DNA of 57,710 nucleotides, filler included, from Dirinaria sp. TL-2023a (GCA_051941275.1; 4 parts of 4 records of this genome joined end to end with filler, not necessarily neighbours in it), one strand, 5' to 3'; positions 37,010 to 49,991 are shown, counted from the first letter of the whole stretch. Numbers and translations: made by a program. The notes: generated by a model not told the origin, from the letters alone.

Positions 37010-38471
37010 TCATTGATCAATAACACTTTTCGCTGCAGCTCTTGTCTCCTCTGTCTCAACGAAGTCAAATGAATGCCTGCAAAGTGAGCCATAAGGTGTG
37101 TACGGCTGATATGCAGACAATCCCTCCGGAACTGAACCGGGCTCACAAATGACACCGCCCTTGTTTCCCGACCTGAGCAGTAATCTGGAATGACTTTGCC
37201 GGCCCGGCTGGCATTCTGAGTTCCCATTGCTCTTCAAGATCACCGAGCTCTTCGTAGTGTCTGAACACTGAAGATTTATCTGATCTTGCTCGAGAGCCGG
37301 AGTTCTTGGCCTGGTTCGCAAGAGAAGCTATTTACGACCAAGCTTGCCGCCGAAGGTTTAAAATTTGAGCAAAGGAGCGCCCGGAGAGATGGCGGTATAC
37401 CGCTGATAGCACCTGCACACATCTAACGATAATGCCGATGGACTGTGCCGCAATACTATAACACGTAATCCTTACGATATCACGGTTTGGTCATCATTAG
37501 CAACCGGCGTTACATACTTGCATATTAAAAGAGCCATGACAATGACAATTTGATTTGGGCGTCGCGCCATAGGAGCAAGGTAGCCAACACTAGCCATGCT
37601 TACCATGACACCCCTGGAAATCTGGTCAGCTTTGCAAAGGTGGATATCCATCATATCGGAAAGTGGTACTTGCAATAAATCAACTGTAAACATCGCCGAA
37701 AGCCGATATCTTTGACTCCTGGCCATCTGAAGGTTCCATATCGCAACGATGGGAATGGCGAGGATCCATTAGATCTGAAAAACCGTTGATGGCAGTTGCA
37801 CCAATGATCACAACAGACTGGTCCGGACATTCTTGCCCCTGACCACCTTAGTGGCGTTGTTGACATACTTAGTCGTCACCACCAAGATGAAGGTCGCAGT
37901 GTACAGCGGGTTCCACCAAAAGGGAAACCAGATGCCCCACCATGACACGGTTCTTCTGGACCGAACAGACATGATTGATGCTTTGGTGAAAAACATGGCA
38001 ACCCTGCCCACGACCTCTATATTATGGTACGGCCAGACACGCAAGATCAGCCGTTCTCCGCCAGGGTTTCCGGTGAGAACAATCGGATCTACCTAATTCA
38101 AATGCGCATATTTTGCCATGGAAACATTCCATAGATCGACTGCACCTCCGTAATGAAAAGCCTTGAACATGAGAGCTACCAGAGCAGTCAGTCCGATCCA
38201 TCCCGGGACACATGCCCTTAAGGCTCTTGGTGACTCTTCGTATATATTGACAGTACTTCAAGAGAAAAAACCAACAATCGTCAAACCAGAGTTTTCGGTT
38301 TATATAATGACGAATATGTAATCTCAGATACAAGAAAGACGTCGCAAGAGCAATTGCGAAAAGAGCGACAGCAATAATTTTCCCTCTTTTGGACGGCGGG
38401 TCAACGAAGTTGGACTGTTGACCTGCCAGCGGCTTCGCTCCGGCCACGATAGTATTTGTCGTCATTATCAT
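37010..38471 (-). pseudogene. Degraded PTH11-like GPCR (rhodopsin domain)
   Basis: P..GQQSNFVDPPS, LRL..R, LWFDDW, YGG.VDLWNVS, FTKASI and INGFSD..ILAIPI.AIWNLQM. In-frame TAG at 38095-38093, no clean acceptor for intron 2, and frameshifts around 37750-37830. The 3' end is approximate. Confidence 0.75.
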
Positions 38472-39412
38472 TCCAGGGAAGTTGCGATTTCTGTATCACA
38501 CAGGACCCTTGAGCCAAGCTCAGTAGCATCACAGTCTAAGGGTTTGACTTTTAAAGCTCAAGAGCGAGCAGACTTGAATACGATCCATACTCAAGTATTT
38601 TCCTTATGTCGTATCAGGCATAGCCCAATCCCAGGTCCCCTTGTCCGGCGGACGTGGCTTCGCTGGCGCTGCAGATGCACAATCTGTTACGCATTTGGGG
38701 CCTCGCGTAAAGTCCGCGCTGGTTTGGGCTACTTCTTTTTGGCGCACGGATTAGGCGCTGGAATTCAGCTGGAACTGTTATTTGGTAAGATGGCCGAGAA
38801 TGGCAAGAGAAAAAGTTCTTGCTTGCGTCATATAGAATCAGATCAGACTCGGAAATTGCAGTGATCTGAGCGGAACACATTTGCGCCACATAGTTGCAGT
38901 TGTGTTGCGGTTGTCGACGGTTCTTTCCTACGGAGAGCCTAAGGTAATAGCTGGAGTGATCGACGTTATCACGCATCTGTTGAAGTAGGTGATGGCCTGC
39001 CAAGTGTGCCAAAAACCGGGTGAGTCTAGGCGGCAGGTTGCCTCATCCCGGCGGGGCGGCGGGCGCTTAGGTAATTTCTAGGGCTAAAACTTACCCATGT
39101 CTAAGGTACGAAAAAGCATCCGAGTCATGAGGCAGCTTATTTGTGAATCCTGTTTCTAGATGTGCTGATCGCATATGCAAGAGCTGAAGTCGAGCTGAGC
39201 GGTTGAGTGGCAAATTTACCGTAGAGGACAGTGGGAAAAACACGCTCATTTGGGGCGGGCTGGTGCGCACAGACAACCGACTACATGTACCTTGGACGAG
39301 GATTAGACCATCTTGTCTGCCTCGCCAAAAGTGTCGACGCCTTCATCTCGATTTTTCTGGTTGTTGTAGCATTCACATTCTGCAACATATCGTGCTCATA
39401 TGATCACCTTAT

Positions 39413-40075
39413 TTGAGTGTACTTGCAGCATCTAAGCCCAAGTGCTTCCTCCTGTTTCTCGCTCTACTTCCACTTATCTCGATCGCAATGACCACCGATC
39501 GGAATTCTGCAGCCCCGGAAGACCTCAAAATTACTGCCATCAGCACGAAAAACGGAGTTTCGACCCTCGAATGCTGGCAGCTGGCTGCGCCGTTCGCTGT
39601 ATCATCTCGAACTGGAGTTGCGGGAGCTGCATTCTCGCAATTAGGTAAGACTGAGAATCTCAGCTACGGCATAGTCCCAGCGAAGTATGATGGCGGCTGG
39701 CATAATGCCCCCCGGATCCAGTAAGAAATCCTTTCTTTGGGCAATGCTCCCAGAACTATCCCTTCTCTGACACGTTCACTTGCCATCAGATGGGTCGCTT
39801 TTTTGTCCGGCGAAGCTGTTATTTCGGTTCCGGGTTCGAAGGAAACCGCAAACATCAAAGGCGGAAGACATGGACTCATCTTCGTCGCCGATATTGCAGG
39901 CCTCAGCGAGCAAGGACACTTGACGCAGTATCCAAGCAATCAGCACACGACCGTCTTGTCAATACCTACGAAGGACGGAGGAATTCCACCCCACACGGTT
40001 TTGTACCAGGGACCATGTCGCACGCCAGAGGTCGATGATCAAAGTGTATCCCAATCGCCGGCAGTAAATGATTAA
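39413..40075 (+). CDS. Conserved fungal small secreted-type protein (possible cupin-like fold); 2 exons
   Basis: LKITAISTKNGVSTLECWQL, WHNAPRIQ/WVAFLSG, GGRHGLIFVAD, GH.T.YPS and PPH.VL.QGPC. Intron 39721-39789. The first ATG is at 39487; the start is uncertain. Confidence 0.75.
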
Positions 40076-40474
40076 CGCCTGATTCTCAACATATAGTCTA
40101 TCCTCTGGGTGCAAACCCACCCAGCGGGTGAGGTAGAAGCTGGCACAGTCGCCGCTAATTCGCTCTTCCAAATAGTACTATTGTTGGGGGGAGCTCTTGT
40201 GCGAAGAAAGCGGCAGCAAACTTAGTGCAGCATATATCAGAGATCATAGATCTGCGGCGATTGGGGATAATGAATGGACCAAAGTCAATTAAAATTTACC
40301 AGAATATCTTTTAGAATTCACACAAGCTTCTCAAAAAATCGTAACAGGCATTCATATGCAGAACCAACGCTGCGTTCTTGCCGTCGAACCAATAGCCCTT
40401 TGGAGTTTATTAGGCGAAAATACGTCTCATATGTACCCTCAAGGATTCTGGTTCAATGTCACTGCATCATCAGG

Positions 40475-41348
40475 TTACTTCCATTTGAATCCTTCAACCA
40501 TTTGAACCGCCCGACTTTTGAGCCAACTCTGTAGAGAGTCCCAGTTGACACATTTATGAATGGTATTACCGTTCGGAGTAGGGTTTTGGTGATTGAGAAC
40601 CCAATTTGATGGCATGGTCGTCGTATCAAATTTGCACATGCGGCAATGGCGGATGCAGCCCACACAATGTTCATAGTGTCTCTCATACATTTCGGTGATG
40701 TTCGACTTTTTCGAAAGGACGTCAGGTAGGGTGTCTATACAATAGTCCTGCCAGATATAATGCAAGCAATGAATGGCGTAGCTACACATCGCAGTGGCAA
40801 GGTAACCGCCGCCTGTAGACTGTGAGTATTTGACCGCTGATAGCTTGTGGCGTATTTTCAGTATTTTGTCTGCTGTAACGCTGATCTGACCCTCTGTTCA
40901 TAGTCAGTGGGGCGAGGGATCCACAATGGAACAAAAATGGAATGTTTCATTATGTCCCGGCAAGCACCTTCAAATTCAGGAGTAGGAAGACCCTGAAATG
41001 GACATCGATACCAGAGTGAACACTTACTTAAATCGGATATCTTGCATCTAAATGCTGGATTATGATACAGGTGGTATTACACGTTCTTGAAGTAGGCATA
41101 GTAGTTTTTTACGCAGTTCTGTTAACTTCTGTTCGAGACCACGGTAGCATGGATCAGGAGACCGAAGCAGATCTTTAGGCTCGCAATATGAGCCACGCAG
41201 GGAATGATGCGTCTCAAGCTCCGTCCAGGATACTCTCTGCTTTTGTATAGCACATTGATTTCTAGTTCGTCATCCTCACCAAGGTCCTCATCTTCGTCAT
41301 AGTCTGGTTTTCCGGGGGAAGAAGCTGGTACGCAGCCGCCGCAGACAT
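40475..41348 (-). pseudogene. DUF3328/UstYa-family oxidase (HxxHC), degraded
   Basis: PFQGLPTPE, GGGYLA, YAIHCLHYI (first HxxHC reads Y), HYEHC..IR..MC..D.T and HKCVNWD. The N-terminal exon has a frameshift after MSAAAAYQLLP and a TAA at 41124-41122. Confidence 0.8.
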
Positions 41349-43336
41349 CGCAATTCGTTCCAATGTTGAAATCGTGAATTTAAAGGAATCATCGTTTGAG
41401 AAATTCCTTCCCCTATCAAAATAACGAAAGGTTCTCTGAGACAGTCAACACAGAGTCAGTTACAGGTGGAGAAGAATCCAAGTCCCACCAGCACCACGAG
41501 GGTATGGCATGCAGATCGCAGCAGCATTTATCGAGCATTGCAGGTATTGAGAAGGATAACGCTTAAATGGCGGCGAGCTGGATGTATGATCCATGCACTC
41601 ATGGTCTGGCAAGGAGAAGCGAATATCATGCTAGCTTAGACCTACCAAGGCGGCTAGGGAACGCTTATGCAACTCTATTTGAACTACATCTAATACGTCC
41701 CATGTCAGTCACTCGTATTGCGAGACATGAGACGAAAATTCCATTGGTCAGCTTCCTACTGTCGGACAAAAATAAACAATCATATATACAGCAATGATCA
41801 CTCACCAACCGTGGGGCCCACTTTTGGCGCAAAAGTTTGCTGTTCGACACCTGCATGCAGGCGAAATAACGTAGCGAATATCAATGGCATGCGTTGACTG
41901 CATGCAGACGCTGGCGCCTTAGAAATTTTCAAAGGCAGTCAGGCAATCCTGTGCTGGCATGCATGTTGACGCCAAATACCGGAGCAATTCTCAACATTGG
42001 GATGGACGATGGAAGAAGCTCGTCATCAAGGCTGATGCTCACTTGCCGAAGCAGTGGTGCAGTGTCTCTCCACACTGTGACTTGGCGCATCTGCACGCAG
42101 TTGACCAATTCCAGAAAACCAAGAGAAAGAAAACATGCACTTGGTAAAATAACTTACGCTTTTCGAAAACCCTGCTTCACTCCCGTGAAGTCAGAGCGCA
42201 TGCGAATACCAGAGAAGCATCATCTGTATGCCGACTTTCCAAAGAATTCTACTTTATTCCGTGAGCCATAGACATCGCATCATCACGGAAACCTACCATC
42301 TTTAGCGCTTCGTACGTGTACCGTCATTTGACTGTTATCCAAAGATTTGATTTGGCCTTACCATTACGCACTATGATATGTCATACCACGTTTGTAGAGT
42401 GTTCTTTGAATCTTTTTATATCAGCCAAAGCATCTCCCGTCGAGAATCTACCCACATTCACCTAGTTGAATATCACCAGACAGGAATTTGGCTAAACGCT
42501 ACGCAAACCACTCTGATAATCTCATCATTGGTTACCGTCTCTTCGCCGACGTAATGCTAGCAGCTATGAGCGTCGCAGCGCCGGCGGCGAACCCATCCAA
42601 TTGGACCTACCTTTTCTTACTCCAAAGTGGTCTCGGCTAAAGGCATAGAAGTCTTCGAGGCAGACTCACTGCTCACTGGTGTGGAGGGAAAAGCTGGCTC
42701 CTGCGCCACCAAGGATAAAGCCAAGAGGGACAATTTCGAAGCTGACGGCTTGCTTGCTCTCGGCGATTAAGTCGAAAACTCATACGCTATTTAGTCACGT
42801 GTTCTTGTCGTTTGGAATTTTACCGAGAGATACAATGGCTTCAAAGATGAATATCGATCGAGGAAAAACGAAATGCTTGCTTTTGAGTGTTACTGGCTGA
42901 AACGACTTGGACTGATAAAATAGCGATGATAGGCATCTCGCCGAGAGATCTTTTCCGCGAATTTCAGTCAGCGGGATAGCAAAATACGACTTACGCTCGC
43001 TTTCTAGAACTCACCCAGCATGTCAAATCAATTCCGATTTTTCATGCGATCTACAGAATTAATTTCTTGCATTTTCAAAAAAATGACTCGAGCCTGCTTC
43101 GGAGAATCTAGGTCATCCGCACACTCATTCATTAGGGGGGCCCGTAATTGAGGTCGACATTGACTACGACGGGATAGATAAAGCTAATTGAATAGAACAA
43201 TCAATGAACCTCCGGCATAGAGAATTCAGCTCTATGATTATGCTTTAGCCACGACATGAGATATGCGGCATACCATCAGCAACACGATGCTGACCAAACA
43301 TGACGTCCAAAGAATTCACATAATGCAGTGTTAGGT

Positions 43337-43436
43337 NNNNNNNNNNNNNNNNNNNNNNNNNNNNNNNNNNNNNNNNNNNNTTAATTAATTAANNNNNNNN
43401 NNNNNNNNNNNNNNNNNNNNNNNNNNNNNNNNNNNN
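43337..43436. other. Artificial contig spacer N44-TTAATTAATTAA-N44
   Basis: Identical to the other two spacers. Confidence 0.98.
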
Positions 43437-43624
43437 AAAAAAAAAAAAAAAAAAAACTGGACGGAAATTTTTCGTTTCAGCAGCGAAACCTTTATGGTCA
43501 CACTGCTCCAATCCTAAGTACGCTTCCTGGCTTACTTATTATCATAGCACAGCACAAAAATATGCCAAAAAAACAACATTATAAAAAAAAAAACCCTCGA
43601 AAACCTCGTCCACACACAAAAAAA

Positions 43625-45177
43625 TCAATAAACCATCGCCCCCTCGAATAACCCCCTCAACTGCTCTCTCTCCTCACCCACCTCTTCCGCCAACCCAGGC
43701 GCCAGCATAAGCACCCTCTTCTGCGGCAACGTGCCCTCGACCAGATCATCCACGTCCGCCGCTCCGAACCCCATCGCCTTCAACCCCCTCGGCTGATCGC
43801 CCAGCCGGGTCAAAAACGCCGCGACCGCGTCGCCCAAGACCTCGCCCGCGCTGTCCCTCTTGACCTGGCTGGTATCGACGCCGAAGGCTTCCGCGGCAGC
43901 CAGGTGCCGCTCGGGGTTACTTGGCCCCGTGAAGCGGAAGACGGAGGGGGCGGTGACGGCGACGGAGACGCCGTGCGGGATGATGGGCCTGCCGCCGACG
44001 GCGTAGCCCGGGTGCCTGTAGCGCCGGTTCTGGCTGCTGACGGGGTAGCTCATGCCGTGGCAGAGGTGGACGCCGGCGTTGCCGAACCCCACGCCCGCCA
44101 GCGTCGCGGCCAGCAGCATCTCCGACTGCGCTTCGTGGTCGTCGGGATCCGACGCCGCGCGCGGCAGGTACCGGATCGTGGCCCGCAGCGCTTGCAGCGA
44201 GAAGATGTCCGAAATGGGGTTCGCGCCTTGGTAGGCCGGGCGGTTGATGGGGTTGGCCGGGCGCGGGGTGCGTGTGTCGTACGGGATCGCGGTCCAGGAT
44301 TCGAGGCTGTGGCAGAGCACGTCCAGGCCTGTGGAGGCGTGCACGGCGGGCGGCATGGTGCGGGTGTTGAGGGGGTCGCAGATGCCGATGGTGGGCTTGA
44401 GGGCTCGGTGCGCGATCCCGGTCTTGGACTTTTTCTCGACCAGGTCGAAGATCGCTGTCCCTGTCGTTTCGGAGCCGGTGCCTGCGGTGGTGGGGACGGC
44501 GATGAGAGGGTGCAGGGGCTTGGTTATGGGCAGGCCTTTGCCGAGCGGGGCGTTGACGAAGTCGAGGAAGGAGGCGTGAGGGAAGCAGGTGTATAGGTTC
44601 ATTAATTTGGCGGTGTCGATGACCTAAAGGGGTTTCATGAGCGTGTTTACTTGGATTCGGATAATTCGTTTCAGTTGGGGCAAGGGAAGCTCACGCTGCC
44701 GCCGCCGACTGCGAGGAAAGCGTCTGGGCTGTAGGATTTGGAGAACTCGACTGCTTCTTTGATGGAGCTGTCCTTGGGCTCCACTTTGGTATCTTGATAC
44801 ACCGTGAACTCCACCTGCTCTCGCGACAGCCCTTCGATTGCCTGCTTCATCGCGTCGAGCTTCGCCACGTTCCCGTCTGTCACCACGCAGACCCTCTTGG
44901 ACCCCAGGTTTTTGAAGTCCATGCCCACCTCCTTGGTGCATCCGGGTCCAAACCGGATGCTTGACGCGGCCATTTCAAAGGCATATTCTTTTCTGTGCGA
45001 GTGATCGACTGGCGTCGCCAATGAACGTTTGACATGATTCAATACGGACGGTGTATGTTGGTGAGCGTTGGGCGATGCGTGACACGGGCAAGTGGAAGGA
45101 TGTGTATACTGAATGGCTCGCAGAAGGTTTGAGGATCTGGTGGCTGCATTCTTGGCAACTCTCACATTGAGTGGCAT
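43625..45177 (-). CDS. ADHFE1: Hydroxyacid-oxoacid transhydrogenase (iron-containing ADH), mitochondrial; 2 exons
   Basis: Presequence with CPCH; KEYAFEMAASSIRFGPG, AVGGGSVIDTAK, PTTAGTGSETT, DVLCHSLES, GNAGVHLCHGMSYP and PHGVSVA. Intron 44624-44694. Confidence 0.93.
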
Positions 45178-45702
45178 GATTTGGGACAGGATGGCTGATA
45201 GACCACAAGACAACCTCCGTACCGAGGTGAGGTCGACAGAAATACAGTGGAAATCACCACCATCATCTCGGCATGATATTGCCGCCTTAATTACATGGAT
45301 ATCTACATACGGTACGTGGGGAGAAGACGATGCGGAACAGCTTCCCCACATCTCGGTCCCTCGGTCTATCAGCAACCCCACATCTACCGAAGAGCCTTCG
45401 AACCCTACTATAACCCTGAAAAAGATGACTTCATTCAATTGGAGGAACTTGGAAATGAAGATTTGACCTGATTGATAGAACATCCAAAACTACCTAGGTG
45501 TAATTACAAGTCAAGAAGCGTCAGCGAACCCACCCTAGGACATGTCACACAAATCAAAAGTCTTGGAGATGCCATCCCTACCTGCCTTCCACCGTCTAGT
45601 TTCATATGGCCGTGTGTTCTTTACCTTAGCTTTTTGGATGCAGAATCCTCAACCCGATACACGCATGTGCAAGTCCATCCTCCGAGCCAAGCCCATCCTG
45701 CC

Positions 45703-48700
45703 TCAGCTACCGCCGTTATCAATGACTTCCAGGATAATCTCTTTCGCTTGCTCGACCCCTTCTCTGCTGCCGATCATCTCAATCGGCTCGCCCTTGGTTT
45801 GAGCCTTCGGCACGTTGATTTGGCACCCGGTCTGTTTGCGGATGGAGTTGATCTGGCTGCCTCCCGACCCGATGACGAAACGATAGTTTCTCGGATCCGG
45901 CAGAGTCAGATACCCCGTACACATCTTCTCACCGGTCTGCCGCTGCGCCTGCTCCATGGCTTTCTGTAGCGCGGCCCTCGCCTTTTCGACGCCGTCGGGT
46001 GAACCACGGAGTATCCAAGGCATGTCGCCTTCGTCAACGGTCTCGTTGGTATCTTCGACAACCTCCCATATGGGATGAGCGGTGTTGTCGTGGTTGTCGG
46101 TGATCAATGGCAGAGCGGCACCGTTCGGCTTCGGTCTCTGCTGAGGTGTGGATTTCGGCGGCGGTTGCTGACCAGCGTGGTCCACTTTGACACTGTAATC
46201 ATTGTAGAGGCGACGAAAGAAACGCCCATTGTCAGAAATGACATGATATGCCTTGCGAGGCACTTGGACCGTCGAGCCTTCTTGCTGCTTCACAAGTTCG
46301 AGGATATGAGCCTTCGCTTTTGCAACGTCAGACCCCTGGCCTGCAAGCTTCACTTGCGAACGCCCGGGCCCCTGCTCAGTAACCCTTGGAATGTCGATGC
46401 TGACTTTGAATTGAGATTCGAGAGATCTTCGCGTCTCGCCGCCTCGGCCGATCAAGAGTCGATGCTTTTCCGGCGCAACTTCGACAACTTCGTTGCTTTG
46501 ACTGTCCCTTTCACCGACGAAGGATTCGATAGAAGCAATAATCTTATCGACTACAGTCTTGTTACCTTCAACACGGATTGTGGTCTCATCTGAATCCTGC
46601 CTCGGAAAACGGACCATCCGAGCAAGCTCCCGGCGATCATCTGAGCCACCTGCTGCAATGACAGTGTTGCGAATGTTTGAGCCTGCAGATCAAGTTAGCT
46701 GTTGTACTGGGATGCGTAGTCGAGTACTAACCCGCACTGCCAATTAATGCTTTATGATACTTCTTCGCCACGTCGATGTTCCTACTGATACTCTCATCAA
46801 AGATCTTCACCCTTTGCTCTAAAAGCTTTTTTGCGTCCTCGACTTGTCTTTTGGTGCCTTTCAACTGCAGCTCGACGCGACTAGCAGCACCGCTGGTATC
46901 GCGCGCACCAGGTACGTCAATTTGAGCTCCCGTCTCAAGTCGAATTTTCTCCATTTCGCGGCCACCTTGCCCTATAAGAGAAGGCAGCTGGCTTTGCGCA
47001 ACAGAGACTGCAGCAGTGTATGAGTTATCGATTGTGTACTGCAGTAAGTTGAGCAGCTCATCCCTGGCTTCGTCAGCGCCTTTTCTTGGACCGCGAATGA
47101 TAACTTCGTCAGGAGCTTGGTTTGGCCTATTTGACCGAACGCCACCGTCACTGGACCCATCTGCTATTGCCTGACTGTCACTCCTGACAGAGGTGGTTCG
47201 TGGAAACATGACACGGACGTTATATCGATCTTGAAGTCGATTTACCTGGTTCCCTCGGGCACCTATCATCTCCCGGTGATACTGTGGCTTTATTTTCAGC
47301 GTATGCGTAACCTCGTCCTCGAGCTTCTTGGCTAAAGCCTGTATGCGGGACTTTGCGATTTCAGCTTTCGCCTTTGGGCCCTTGATGTCCACTTTTCCCT
47401 CCTTGATTTGAATGTCAACGTCAAATTCTTCCCTATACTTGTTGATGTTTTCACCTCTTTTACCGATAAGATAATTCGCATATTTCTGTGGGAAGTCGAA
47501 AGTTGTGATATGTCCTCGTTCCAACTCGTCGTGCTTCTCATCTTCAATGAAAGCAGTTATCTGGGCCAACAAATCATCAAGGGCATCACACGGTCCACGT
47601 AATCGCGCTCCATGATCTAGTGCAGCCGCCGCTGAGGGTGCTTTGAAAGCCGGCAAATTCCCATTGACATCATCTGAATTAGGGCTAGTAGGTGATCCGA
47701 AGATCAACTGAGCCGGTATCACAGACGGGGCCTTCTGTTGCTCACGCTCGACGTATTTGCGAACCTTGTCTTGAAATCTAGAAGAGTGTTAGTTGCATAT
47801 GGTGACTTTTAGTGTTCGTTGGAAAGTTTGGCCGTCTAGTTACCTTGGGGGCACTTGAAAGTGTCTGGAATCAATTTGTTGCTGGCCCTGTAGCAGACTC
47901 AGAAGGTGCTCCTGCGCTTGTTGTAGACCTTTCTCGAAATCAGCAACCTCAGCTGGTGTGGGCCTCTGCCTTGGTAAATCTTGCGCCGTGGCTTCGCCCG
48001 CAGGACCTTCGTATATCAGGACAATATTCGGCTGCTCTTCTTCGTCTTCGGGCACGAGAAAATGAACACCAAAATCATCGCGTACACGCTGAGCACCCAT
48101 TCGATGGATATGTTGGTGGAAAAAGGGGTCAACGTCCACGTGCCGGATCCTGGAGGGAGGATACGCATTGACGAGATTCAAGATATCTGAGCGTGCGCGC
48201 AAAGCATTCTTCCCATCTCTAGAAAAAACCTCGATGGAGCCATCATTAGGAATGATGCGAGCGTCATACTGTCTTTCAAGCTGCCTTATGGCCTCACGCT
48301 GCTGAAGGTATCTCACAAGCGCTTTAGCATGAGCTCGTGAACCCGAAGGCGCATTTGCGTGTTGACGAGCAACATCGACACTGGACATTTGCATGCTGCT
48401 GGCAAGATCCATGACCTTCTCGACACCAAGATGGATCTTATCATGTGGCCCTGTCACGACTAGCATTTCTGTATCGTCGGACTCAGGCGGTAGAATGACA
48501 GCGCAGCCAGTTTCTTCGAGTAATTCGTGCATGGATTGAGGCCCATTGGCGAGAATGAATTGATGCCGCCCACGGTCGATTGCAATATGCTCGAGCGTGA
48601 TCCGGCGCCGAAGCTCTTCAACCTGACGTTGAATCTCAGCGCGAACTTGCTGAGCAGCATGCCGTTCACCCGAGATTCTGATATGGCTTTCTGGGTGAGC

Positions 48701-49991
48701 AATAAATTCCGCGGGCAAGCCTGGGCTCGGAGTTTGAGGTGGGGCATGATGAGACCAGCTTCGATAGTTTGGTATGTGGACTTTGACTTCCCGTCCATTT
48801 TCCAATGCATCAACACCGACGTTACGTGGGCCTGAAAGATATGGATACAATTCAGCGGGTACGTCGCTCATGCGCATATTGATGGTTGAGGTTCGTTCAT
48901 TCACAATTGCTTCGACTTCTTGCCTCGCCATATAAGCTGCCACGGGGTCACCTTCAATGATGACCGTTGTCATGCTATCATCATCTTCAACGTCGGCCAT
49001 TGGCGTGTCTTCGGCCTTAGGAATTTGGATATAAGCACCTGTTCGGTCTGATATACCTTTGATAACGGTGCCCTGCTTCCCGATTATAAAGGGTCGAACG
49101 CTCATTGGCACGTCGATAGTGGTTTTTTGCTACCTATCCATCAGCTTTGTGACCTTGATCAGGAGGATGGATATCACGAACCTTTGAGCCAATTTCTTTG
49201 GCGAGATCTCTTAAAGCCTGCCGAGTCGCTTCGTACGGCCCCGTGCTTTCAAATATGAGTCCATTGTCAGGCCCAGGTCTCATGGTCACGGTTGCCTTTG
49301 ACCTCTTGTTAATGCCTTGAACAATATCCCGGATAGGCTTTTTCAATCCCGAAGCTTTGGACCGTAGCTCTGACGGAGCAAATTCTATCTTTTCACTATG
49401 CTTTCCAGGAAGTGATAGATTCTGGGGTATGCCGCGCGACTGCGGCCTTACTGATGCGTTCGTGGCGACAGGAGTCAACATACCACTGGTAGCTGGGGTA
49501 GAAGCGCGAGAGGATGTGGTGCTAGAAGTCAAAGGCCCACGCCCATTTGCTCCATTTGCTCCATTAGGGAATGCATTTCCTACAGACATGGGTCTTTGTG
49601 CTCCCCAAGCCGTAGCAGTAGCCGCCGGAGCTTTGGCTTTAGGTCCGGCACCAAGGGCAGGAAACGCCTCTTCGGATTTCACATTAAGCGTAGACTGTGT
49701 AGGAGCCTTTTCAACCTTTTGAACTAATTCTGCATCTTCGTTTGCCTTCTGCTTGCCAGCAGCTTTTGTTGAGATAGGCTCTGAGGCAGGTACTGTTTGC
49801 TGGATAGGGGAGGGTGCCTGGGCGGTCTGCATAGACGGCGGTGGATGTGCAAGATCTTCCTCGTCCAGGACATCTTCAACAGTAGGGTGGTGAGCTGCAT
49901 CAGCGTTATGCTTCTCTTGAAGCTTTTGCGCAGGAGTTAAGTCTAGATGTTGAGCAGAAGTTTCCCCATTGATGGCAGGATCATTGGCCAT
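45703..49991 (-). CDS. SCP160: Vigilin-like multi-KH RNA-binding protein; 4 exons
   Basis: Many KH GxxG motifs (IIGKQG, LIGKRG, MIGARG, LIGQGG, LIGRGG, VIGSGG) and SEEAFPALG. Introns near 49100-49181, 47778-47843 and 46684-46731. Confidence 0.92.

Noticed and set aside
43904..44596. Long antisense ORFs (also 1450-2133, 15105-15941, 27748-28245)
   Set aside because: They are shadows of well-supported genes on the opposite strand and contain no motifs.
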